This document shows, piece after piece, positions 1 through 7,829 of a DNA stretch of 13,656 nucleotides. The stretch is from an uncultured archaeon. Its GTDB lineage: Archaea > Asgardarchaeota > Thorarchaeia > Thorarchaeales > Thorarchaeaceae. The stretch spans positions 1 to 13,656 of the forward strand of contig CAZPWM010000085.1 in the NCBI GenBank assembly GCA_964590575.1, in the 5' to 3' direction. The notes under the pieces were generated by a model that was not told where the DNA came from, made no database searches, and saw nothing but the letters and a program-made list of their open reading frames with translations. Positions within the stretch are counted from its first letter, which is position 1. Every line of letters starts with the position of its first letter. Made by a program: the position numbers and the translations under genes.

Positions 1-1
1 T

Positions 2-916
2 CAGATAGAGTTCAGATGGCTCTATATTGCCTTTGCTGACGACGGATTGTTCATCAATTATCCAGGTAGTATATTGGGACCAATTTCAGACCCAGCTAGG
101 TTAGCTGATCCCTATGACCCAAGAGGAGAAGATTGGTACCAGACTATTTGGGATGGCGATGGAGATATGGTGTTTGTTGAGCCATACTATGACGAGTTTG
201 ATGAAGTGCTACTGATATCGATTGGAAAAGTCGTGTACAGAAACAGCATTCCTTTTGCTGTCATCTCTGGGGACATTACAATTGAGGATATCAAGGAGAA
301 AGTCATCAATGTTGAAATCCTCGAGAGCGGATATGCATTCTTGTTGGGTTCCAGCGGAGGAGTAGTTGCACATCCAGAGCTGGAACCAGTAGACTATGAA
401 AGCGGCTTACCAGATCTTCTTGCAGTTGAAACCAATTCAGATCTCACTGTTACAAGTCGGGACCTAATTACAGGAGTAGCTGCAGGAACATCAGGGACTC
501 TGAGATACACCAGAAACGGAGCAGAACATATCCTAGTTTTCACACAAGTAGGAAAGGGTGATTACATCTGTGTGATATCAGTACCTCTAAGTGAGGTTCT
601 TGAGAGCATACCACTTCTTCAGGCACGAATTGTTGAACAGAACGCTCAGGCTGCAAGTTACATCATCCTTGTCACCATTGGAGGTATTTTGGTAGCTGGA
701 ATCGTTGCTGTTGTCATTTCGAATACTATTACTAGACCATTGCAATATCTCATGGACCTTGCAGAGAGAAATGTAGCAGCGAGAATTAGAGACCAACCTC
801 TCGATACTGGAGACCTCCAAGTCGATGCAACATATATCGCGCAAGATGATGAGATTGGCGAACTTGCCCGAGCATTTCAAGGAATGCTTGATTCTATTCG
901 CGAAGACGAAGAATAG
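2..916 (+). CDS. Membrane sensor protein with dCache_1 domain, one TM helix and C-terminal HAMP domain, no output domain (5' truncated by window edge)
   Basis: Frame is open from nt 2 (QIEFRWLYIAFADDGLFINYPG), so the TTG at 47 is not the real start. dCache motifs YDPRxxxWY, FVEPYYD, VISGDI and SGYAFLL..GGVVAHP. Hydrophobic TM YIILVTIGGILVAGIVAVVI. HAMP ITRPL...DDEIGELARAF, then stop. Confidence 0.85.
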   Translation, partial: QIEFRWLYIAFADDGLFINYPGSILGPISDPARLADPYDPRGEDWYQTIWDGDGDMVFVEPYYDEFDEVLLISIGKVVYRNSIPFAVISGDITIEDIKEKVINVEILESGYAFLLGSSGGVVAHPELEPVDYESGLPDLLAVETNSDLTVTSRDLITGVAAGTSGTLRYTRNGAEHILVFTQVGKGDYICVISVPLSEVLESIPLLQARIVEQNAQAASYIILVTIGGILVAGIVAVVISNTITRPLQYLMDLAERNVAARIRDQPLDTGDLQVDATYIAQDDEIGELARAFQGMLDSIREDEE

Positions 917-947
917 TCGCGTACCTCATCGGTAAAAACACGCAAGG

Positions 948-2798
948 GTGAATACATTGGTAAAAGAGACTTGGTCAGTAGATAAGTCTAGATTAGTCTA
1001 TGGTGTAAATCGTAATGATCTACATTTTTTGGACATCACAGAGGACGGAGAACTCTGTTTACGATTACGTGACCAGACAATCACATTCGTTGAAGTCATT
1101 CAGAGAATTAGGGAAATGAATGGTGATTCTCCCAGCTATGCGTCATCATTCACTCTCCGAGTACCTCAGCTAGTGACTTATCAGGTAAAGAAACTGAAGT
1201 CGGTCTTTCAGCGAGCTATCAATGAGCTTGACTATGGTGGCAAGTTTATCGGCATCTATCCGGTAAAGGTCAACCAACGAAAGGATTGTGTCACTGCGAT
1301 TATTCGTTCGGACAACGATTATGGTTTGGAAGCAGGTACAAAGGCAGAACTTCTTCTAATAAAGAAGGTCATCGAGAGTGAGAAACACAGGCACATTGTA
1401 TGTAATGGAGCCAAGGATCCTGAGTACCTTGGTCTAATCAAGAAGTGTATTAGTGAGGATTACAACATAGCAATTTCTATTGAATCCCTCCACGAAGCTC
1501 GATTAATAGTTGAACGTTTCCAACCAGAAAAGACCAATCTTATTCTTCGAATCAAGCCCTACCTCAGTGTAGAGGGGCATTGGTCACATTCCACAGGGAG
1601 AGATTCAAAATTCGGTCTGAGTATTCATGACCTATATGATGTTGTAGAACTGCTGAAAGAAACTAGCTTCGTGAATTCAGTTCAAACGATTCTTGCACAT
1701 GCAGGCTCTCAGATAACTGATATTGAATCATTCGAGAAATTTGGTAGACTACTGACGAAACTCTATGCAGAACTAAAAGAAATGGGACTGTCTAATCTAG
1801 AGAACATTGATTTTGGTGGGGGGTTAGCTATTGACTACACAAGTTCGCATGGTTCAGATTTCATGTATCGATATGCACATCTGCTAATTTCAGGCGTAAA
1901 AGCACAACTCGCAGATATGTACGATAAATATCCACCACCAAACATAATGATCGAGTCAGGACGAGGGGTTACAGCTCTATCCACCATGGTCATCGTTGAA
2001 GCTCTTGAAGCTCGGTCTATATTTCCATCATCCAGAGATGATTACATTTCCGAAATCACCGAGGATGATGAAAGGAAGACACTTGATAGAATCAAGAAAG
2101 CTTCAACACTCGTGGAGATTAAAGAAATCTGGAACAAGTTCCATGAGAAATATGGTGGCTTGAATCTTGCTGGAATGAAATTCATACTCGAACAAGAGAT
2201 GGTCACTGGGACTCTAGAAGATGCCGTTCGGGAAAGACTTGTCGAATTGAATCTGAAATCATATGAGATAGAAGGGTTGGTCAGAAGCTTCTGGCATCCT
2301 GAACATATTGTCATCGGCAACTTTAGTGTCTTCAATAGTATTGCGGATCATGTTTTGGTGAAACAGCATTTTCCGGTCATCCCAGTACGGGACCTCCATC
2401 TAAAACCTCAAACCACTGTACGTCTTGTAGACATTACATGTGACTCCGATGGTGAAATAACACAGTTTTATAGACCAACCACCAGCGAGGTGTGGTTTAC
2501 CACTGATAACAGGCTCTTGACTATGCTTGAAGGAAAAATGGGGGAGGGTATTCCGGTGGGTAGTCTAGAGAATGTCCCTGGTTCTTGTTTTGTTCTTGCG
2601 CTTACAGGTGCCTACCAAGATGCTATCGAGATGGATCACAATCTGCTTGGTGATCTCCCAGATGTTGAATTGTATCTTCAGGATGATGGAAAGTGGGGTC
2701 TCTCATGGGTCACAGGCGCTGAGTCAATTGAGCATCTCCTAAAGGATGTCGGTTACGCTGACATCGATGTGGATGAAGACCCGTACATGGCAGAGTGA
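948..2798 (+). CDS. speA: Biosynthetic arginine decarboxylase (PLP fold type III, SpeA-like)
   Basis: YPVKVNQ (PLP Lys107), GLEAGTKAEL, CNGAKD, SKFGL, HAGSQI, IDFGGGLAIDY, ESGR, NFSVF, DITCDSDG, GAYQD..HNLLGD. The 616-aa length matches SpeA rather than ODC/LysA. Confidence 0.88.
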   Translation: MNTLVKETWSVDKSRLVYGVNRNDLHFLDITEDGELCLRLRDQTITFVEVIQRIREMNGDSPSYASSFTLRVPQLVTYQVKKLKSVFQRAINELDYGGKFIGIYPVKVNQRKDCVTAIIRSDNDYGLEAGTKAELLLIKKVIESEKHRHIVCNGAKDPEYLGLIKKCISEDYNIAISIESLHEARLIVERFQPEKTNLILRIKPYLSVEGHWSHSTGRDSKFGLSIHDLYDVVELLKETSFVNSVQTILAHAGSQITDIESFEKFGRLLTKLYAELKEMGLSNLENIDFGGGLAIDYTSSHGSDFMYRYAHLLISGVKAQLADMYDKYPPPNIMIESGRGVTALSTMVIVEALEARSIFPSSRDDYISEITEDDERKTLDRIKKASTLVEIKEIWNKFHEKYGGLNLAGMKFILEQEMVTGTLEDAVRERLVELNLKSYEIEGLVRSFWHPEHIVIGNFSVFNSIADHVLVKQHFPVIPVRDLHLKPQTTVRLVDITCDSDGEITQFYRPTTSEVWFTTDNRLLTMLEGKMGEGIPVGSLENVPGSCFVLALTGAYQDAIEMDHNLLGDLPDVELYLQDDGKWGLSWVTGAESIEHLLKDVGYADIDVDEDPYMAE

Positions 2799-2804
2799 TA
2801 TCTC

Positions 2805-3617
2805 ATGCAGATCACAACCAAGATCAAGTTTGATGATATTTGCAATATGCTATCAGGAAAAAGTATTCTTGTGGCATTCAGTGGAGGAGTAGATAGTACA
2901 GTTTTGGCTCACATTGCGAAAAAGTGTGCATCAAAGATTATGCTACTAACAATAGTGAGTCCAACGGTCCCAGAGAGTGAGCTTCGCGGCGCAAGAACCG
3001 TCGCGAAAGAATTAGGTCTCCAGCTGAAAGAAGATTCAGTCAATTGGCTCAAAGTAAGTAACCTTTCCGAGAATCCAGTTGACAGATGCTATACCTGCAA
3101 AAGGGCTCTAGCAGATCTCTGGTTGAAAAATGCTCAGAAGTTAGGATTTGGTACTGTCATTGAGGGGACAACTGCTACAGAAACTGAAGGGTATCGACCG
3201 GGGCTTGCAGCATTGAAGGAGTCAGGTGTAGATTCTCCATATCTTCAAGTAGGAGTCACAAAAGCTGAGATACGGGAATATGCCAGAGAGAACCATCTCT
3301 CCATCGCAGAGAAACCATCGGGGGCATGTCTTGCATCGCGATTTCCATATGGTACTGAAATAACAGTTGAACGCTTGACAATGGTCACGACAGTAGAAGA
3401 AAAGGTGCGAGAAATTTTTGGAGTTGAATGTGTTCGTGCGAGATTTCATGGAAACCTTGTCCGGGTCGAGGTAGGGTCAGAGGAACTTTCTAAGATGTAT
3501 GACCCAGAGAAACTCCATCAATTGGATAACGCAGCTAAAAATGCAGGATTCACTTATGTCACCCTAGATTTGCAGGGATACAGAACCGGAGCCATGGATG
3601 AAGGCTTGTCTAGCTAA
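2805..3617 (+). CDS. larE: LarE-family ATP-dependent sulfur transferase (PP-loop), with CxxC..C motif
   Basis: PP-loop VAFSGGVDS, NPVDRCYTCK, RPG, SPY..TKAEIR, KPSGACLASRFPYG, RARFHG..RVEV and YVTLDLQGYRTGAMD are LarE hallmarks. Confidence 0.88.
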   Translation: MQITTKIKFDDICNMLSGKSILVAFSGGVDSTVLAHIAKKCASKIMLLTIVSPTVPESELRGARTVAKELGLQLKEDSVNWLKVSNLSENPVDRCYTCKRALADLWLKNAQKLGFGTVIEGTTATETEGYRPGLAALKESGVDSPYLQVGVTKAEIREYARENHLSIAEKPSGACLASRFPYGTEITVERLTMVTTVEEKVREIFGVECVRARFHGNLVRVEVGSEELSKMYDPEKLHQLDNAAKNAGFTYVTLDLQGYRTGAMDEGLSS

Positions 3618-4791
3618 TACAAATCAGTTCTTTTTGCGGTTTCGAGAGAAACTTACATCCTTGTCGAGTTATGAGAATATCCTCTTCAAGGCTGACCTGA
3701 CCGTAATGCTCAGTGGTCACATAGAACTCGAGGGTGAAAACATTACCCACTTCTACAACACCCATGGGGCTATCTCCATATCGTTCCCATTTTGGGCCAA
3801 GAAGCGTACCGCCATCATGAGCCAGTCGACCAAGTTGGTGACCCAATGCGTGTTGATATTCTTCATAACCCGCAGCCTTCACAAATTCACGAGCTATATT
3901 GTCAACCTCGTAACCCACAGCTCCAGGTCTGATCAAATCAGCCGCCGCTTGAATGCCATCCCGGACTGTTTCGAAGGCATGTTGTACCTCAGAGGGAATA
4001 TCCTTCTTATCCCCAAAGAAGAACATACGCTGAATATCTGAGCAATATCCATTGTATTTCACACCAAAATCGAAATGAAGTAGGTGACCTTCCAAGGTCT
4101 TGTTGTCTATTGGACCTGCATGGCCAAACTGTTTGTAGGGGCCTGCATCAACAGCGGGATTGTGATCCGCTTCCCAAGCATTGGTTACTCCATATTCATT
4201 CATACACTTGTGGAAGTAATCGTAGATTTCTATCTCAGTCATGTTAACCTTAACGAACTTCTTAGCACGTTCATAAATCTCCTCTGTGATTTCAATAGCT
4301 CTACGAATTCTTGAGACCTCTTCAGCTGTTTTCCGACCTCGTAATTTACGAATGTGGTACTCAGCAGACATCAGACGATTGCTATATGGTGTGTTCTTGA
4401 GGTAATCCTTCAGAAGCAGATGCATTCCAACACTTAGTCCATCAGCAGCAACATCATTCACACTGTAGTTAACTGCAATCTTCTCAGGATTTTTTCGTTT
4501 GAGTTGTTTGACTAGTTCTTCACGGATACTTGCTGTATAAGGAATGACCGTATCGAAGATTCCCTTTGACTTCACACCATCTGCATCAAAGTTCCCAACA
4601 ATCGCAATCTTCTCGTCCCGAGTGAAGATAAGAGCCGATTGCCAGGTAAGCTCACCACCAAACACTAGTTCGAGTACTGGGTCTGCCATTTGAGAGGTTT
4701 CTCGAACCCAGACGAGCCAAGCACCAATATCCTGTTCTATGAGTATCTCGCATGCCTGCTTGGCTTTCTCCTTCTGTATTGCATAGTCCAT
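3610..4791 (-). CDS. M24 family Xaa-Pro aminopeptidase/dipeptidase (creatinase N-domain plus pita-bread domain)
   Basis: Metal-ligand motifs FDFG..YCSDIQR, HALGHQLG..HD, TLEFY, LEEDILI, plus LRGRKTAEE. Start moved to ATG 4791 (MDYAIQ): it is preceded by GGTGAT and lies 1 nt after the ADH stop. The longer ORF would overlap the ADH gene. Confidence 0.9.
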   Translation of the reverse strand: MDYAIQKEKAKQACEILIEQDIGAWLVWVRETSQMADPVLELVFGGELTWQSALIFTRDEKIAIVGNFDADGVKSKGIFDTVIPYTASIREELVKQLKRKNPEKIAVNYSVNDVAADGLSVGMHLLLKDYLKNTPYSNRLMSAEYHIRKLRGRKTAEEVSRIRRAIEITEEIYERAKKFVKVNMTEIEIYDYFHKCMNEYGVTNAWEADHNPAVDAGPYKQFGHAGPIDNKTLEGHLLHFDFGVKYNGYCSDIQRMFFFGDKKDIPSEVQHAFETVRDGIQAAADLIRPGAVGYEVDNIAREFVKAAGYEEYQHALGHQLGRLAHDGGTLLGPKWERYGDSPMGVVEVGNVFTLEFYVTTEHYGQVSLEEDILITRQGCKFLSKPQKELICIS

Positions 4792-4792
4792 A

Positions 4793-5905
4793 TCAATCAC
4801 CATGTGGCTTGATAACAGCCTTGAGTGAAACTTGCTTCTCCTGTGCCTCGAGTGCTTTCTGAGCATCATCTAGAGAGAATCTATGAGTAACCAACTCTTC
4901 GAACGGGAATCGGTCATAGTTTTCTGCAACTGTCTTGATGCCTTTGTAAACATGAAGTGTTCTCGATCCCCAGACAGTCTTGATGTCAAGGTGCTTCTTG
5001 TTCATCAGGTGAGTATTGATCTCAACTGTCCCATGGTCTGTGTATTGACCACAGATCGAGTATGCTCCACCATCACGAACTAGCTCAATTCCTTCGGGGA
5101 TTGCACGTGGATTGCCAGTTGCTTCGTAGACAATATCTGGTCCGTGACCGCCTGAAATCTCCCGAAGCTTCTCCTTTCGCTCTTCTAGGGTGGTCTCTCC
5201 AATATTCAGTGTATCTGTGGCTCCAAACTTTTTAGCAAGGTCAAGACGATTCTGCGCCTTATCCAGAACGGTCACTGATGCTGCTCCACTCACACTTGTT
5301 AGAATGGCAATCATCAATCCAACAGGTCCAGAGCCTTGAATTGCTACATTCGCACCCCAAGTCATAGGACTACGAAGAACTGTATGGACCGCGGTCGGCA
5401 TTGCGCAACCAACAGCACTGGCTCCCTCGAAACTCACGTGATCTGGCAACTTCATGATGTGGGTTCCAGGTTTGAGATAAAGGTACTCGGCATACCCGCC
5501 TATCAATCGTGGAAACTGTGATGAGTCCATGGTGATTCCGTAGACCTTTCGATTCGGACACTTGGTGGGAGCATCCGCAATTAGGCAGTAGTAGCACGAG
5601 AAACACGTGTCAGTGACATCATGAAATCCTACACGGTCTCCAACCTTCAGCTCATAACCATCTAGGTCCTTAATGGGTTTAGGACCAATAGTTTCGATTG
5701 TTCCAACAGCCTCATGTCCTAGGATTAGGGGATACGGTACTCCTGCGAGTTTTCCGTGCCATAGGTGGACATCTGTCCCGCAGCACCCAGCCAATCCAAC
5801 CTTCATCAGGGCGGCACCTGGTTCTAGTTTGGGAAGTTCATATTCCTCAATTATCAGATCTGCACTTGGTTTTGGAACAACAGCAGCTCGACTTGTCTTT
5901 GCCAT
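4793..5905 (-). CDS. Zinc-dependent alcohol dehydrogenase (MDR family, TM0436-like), probably NAD-dependent
   Basis: Catalytic Zn GCCGTDVH and GHE. Structural Zn CFSCYYC-x7-C. Rossmann QGSGPVG with an acidic residue in VLDK. Confidence 0.9.
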   Translation of the reverse strand: MAKTSRAAVVPKPSADLIIEEYELPKLEPGAALMKVGLAGCCGTDVHLWHGKLAGVPYPLILGHEAVGTIETIGPKPIKDLDGYELKVGDRVGFHDVTDTCFSCYYCLIADAPTKCPNRKVYGITMDSSQFPRLIGGYAEYLYLKPGTHIMKLPDHVSFEGASAVGCAMPTAVHTVLRSPMTWGANVAIQGSGPVGLMIAILTSVSGAASVTVLDKAQNRLDLAKKFGATDTLNIGETTLEERKEKLREISGGHGPDIVYEATGNPRAIPEGIELVRDGGAYSICGQYTDHGTVEINTHLMNKKHLDIKTVWGSRTLHVYKGIKTVAENYDRFPFEELVTHRFSLDDAQKALEAQEKQVSLKAVIKPHGD

Positions 5906-5950
5906 TACTTCACTATCCTGTGGTGGGTAGTTGCGAACTACACAAACACA

Positions 5951-5998
5951 GATTTAAACGAGTCCGAATGGACGAGGTTGGATAATCAAACTTATAAG
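5951..5998. promoter_or_regulatory. Divergent archaeal promoter region: BRE/TATA-like AATCAAA-CTTATAAG for the tusA operon and TTTAAA box for the adh-peptidase operon
   Basis: CTTATAAG at 5991-5998 follows an A-rich BRE-like stretch and lies about 25-40 nt before the candidate tusA starts. TTTAAA at 5953-5958 lies upstream of adh on the minus strand. Confidence 0.5.
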
Positions 5999-6029
5999 AG
6001 ATAATTAACAATTGTTAGGTGTGAAATCC

Positions 6030-6275
6030 GTGTCAAATATGGAACCAGTTGAGAGCCTAGACTGTGTGGGGCTATTCTGTCCGCAACCACTTTTTCAGAC
6101 CCGAGAGGCAATTGATGGGTTGAAACCCGGTGAGATACTTGAGATGCTATCTGATGATCCAGCCGCAGAGGAGGACATCAAGAGGTTTGCTAAGAGGACT
6201 GGGAACATCCTTTTGAGCTTCGAGCGTCTTGAAGATGGCGTGCAGAGGTTTCTCATCAAAAAGAAGGAGGAATAA
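6030..6275 (+). CDS. tusA: TusA/SirA-family sulfur carrier protein
   Basis: LDCVGLFCPQP (CPxP persulfide Cys), GEILEMLSDDPAAEEDI and C-terminal FLIKK. Start uncertain: GTG 6021, GTG 6030 after AGGTGTGA, or ATG 6039. Confidence 0.92.
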   Translation: MSNMEPVESLDCVGLFCPQPLFQTREAIDGLKPGEILEMLSDDPAAEEDIKRFAKRTGNILLSFERLEDGVQRFLIKKKEE

Positions 6276-6278
6276 CAT

Positions 6279-6632
6279 TTGAGTAGCATCCTTTATGTAC
6301 AGACCAGTGACCAAGCTGAACGGCAGTATTCTCCATTTGTCTTAGCGCAGAGTGCAAAGGCGATGGATATTGATGCAAAAGTTTACTTCCTAGGACAAGC
6401 GTTAAGGGTCCTTGAACCTGGAGCAGCAGAAAAAATCAAGATAGGCAGCTTCCCTAGTCTTCATGAAACAATGAAGAAGACAATTGAGATGGGGATTCCA
6501 ATCTATGTATGTGAAGCTTCCAAACAGATGTTGGGTTGGGACAAAGTGGAACTTGACCCAGATCTGAAGATCGTTGGAGCTGCAACACTCAATGACCTTG
6601 TTCTAGAAGCGGACGCAACTATGTGGTTCTAG
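6279..6632 (+). CDS. DsrE/DsrF-like family sulfur relay protein
   Basis: 117 aa. A..AKAMD..AKVYF.G.A, GIPIYVCEAS (single conserved Cys78), IVGAAT....LEAD..MWF. TTG start with GGAGG RBS, 3 nt after the tusA stop. Confidence 0.85.
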   Translation: MSSILYVQTSDQAERQYSPFVLAQSAKAMDIDAKVYFLGQALRVLEPGAAEKIKIGSFPSLHETMKKTIEMGIPIYVCEASKQMLGWDKVELDPDLKIVGAATLNDLVLEADATMWF

Positions 6633-6653
6633 TTCAAGTTTGTGGGGATTGAA

Positions 6654-7817
6654 ATGAAACAAGTATACCTCGATTATCAGAGTGCAAAACCAGTTGATCT
6701 TAAAGTAATGGAAGGAATGATGAAGTATTTCCATGAGTCGTTTGGAAATCCATCATCTTTACATCATGTAGGAGATGTAGCTACAGATGCACTAGAGGAA
6801 AGTAGAAAGAAGATAGCTGGCTTCATTAATGCTGATGAGGACGAGATTATCTTCACATCTGGAGCAACAGAAGCTATCAATCTGGGTATTATTGGCTATG
6901 CTCTGAGGAACAAAAAGAAAGGCAATCATATCATAATTTCTGAGATAGAACACATATCGATACACAACATTGCAAAGTACCTTGAAAGAGAGGGATTTAC
7001 TATCTCAAAGGTTCCTGTTGACCAATTTGGTAAGGTAAGTCTGAGGAAACTCGAACAACGAATAACGGATAAAACAATTCTCATTTCTATAGGAATGGCA
7101 AGCAACGAGATTGGAACCATTCAACCAACTAGTGAGATTGGGAAACTAGCTGCTGAGAAGGGAATCGCATTCCATACAGATGCAGTAGCTGCAGAAGGAC
7201 TTGTTCCGATTGACGTTAAGAAAGATAATATCAACCTCATGGCACTCTCATCTAATGATCTCTACGGGCCTCGTGGTGTAGGAGTGATGTATATGCAGAA
7301 AAAGTACAGAGTCAATCCTATTATCATTGGAGGCGGTCAGGAGAGAGGCTTTAGATCTGGTAGCGAAGACATTCCTGGAATTGTAGGAATGCGGTTCGCA
7401 GCAGAAATAATGCAAAAGGAAATGAACACTGAGATTAAGCGATTCCAAGAGTATCGGGATAGAATGATAAAACAGGTACTAGATGAAGTGCCTGATAGTC
7501 ATCTCAATGGACATCCCAAAGACAGACTTGCATCTAATGCTCATTTCAGATTTGATGGGATTGAAGGCGAGTCGATTCTGCTTTCATTCAAAGATTTAGG
7601 TATCTCTGTTTCAACCGGGTCCGCTTGTACATCAAAAACACTTGAGCCATCGCACACTCTAATTGCTACTGGACTTTTGCATGAAGAAGCACATGGGTCG
7701 CTTCAACTTACTGCGGGTAGATTCAGTACAGATGATGATATTGATATAGTACTTGAAGCCGTACCAAAGGTGGTTTCACGACTAAGAGAACTATCTCCAA
7801 TTTACAAAACAAAGTAA
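6654..7817 (+). CDS. iscS: IscS/NifS-family class V PLP-fold protein, atypical (PLP Lys replaced by Asp); probably not an active cysteine desulfurase
   Basis: YLDY..P, FGNPSSLH, IIFTSGATEA, EH, NEIGTIQP, HTDAV, GGGQERGFRSG and STGSACTS identify group I IscS. The SxHKxxGPKG motif reads SSNDLYGPRG. ATG 6654 preferred over GTG 6642. Confidence 0.92.
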   Translation: MKQVYLDYQSAKPVDLKVMEGMMKYFHESFGNPSSLHHVGDVATDALEESRKKIAGFINADEDEIIFTSGATEAINLGIIGYALRNKKKGNHIIISEIEHISIHNIAKYLEREGFTISKVPVDQFGKVSLRKLEQRITDKTILISIGMASNEIGTIQPTSEIGKLAAEKGIAFHTDAVAAEGLVPIDVKKDNINLMALSSNDLYGPRGVGVMYMQKKYRVNPIIIGGGQERGFRSGSEDIPGIVGMRFAAEIMQKEMNTEIKRFQEYRDRMIKQVLDEVPDSHLNGHPKDRLASNAHFRFDGIEGESILLSFKDLGISVSTGSACTSKTLEPSHTLIATGLLHEEAHGSLQLTAGRFSTDDDIDIVLEAVPKVVSRLRELSPIYKTK

Positions 7818-7829
7818 GGGTAATGGAAG

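Noticed and set aside
3610-3617. 8-nt 3' overlap of convergent larE and peptidase genes
   Set aside because: Common in compact archaeal genomes, with no evidence of special function.
3598-4041. 147-aa plus-strand ORF
   Set aside because: Antisense to the well-supported M24 peptidase and has no recognisable motifs.
4792-4869. Arg/His-rich N-terminal extension of the peptidase (MMLRKHSRHRR..), superficially like a Tat signal
   Set aside because: It overlaps the ADH 3' end, has no hydrophobic h-region, and a good RBS supports the ATG at 4791.
6654-7817. iscS as a pseudogene
   Set aside because: The ORF is full length with no stops or frameshifts. The substitutions are focused on catalytic positions and match a known Archaeoglobus-type variant.
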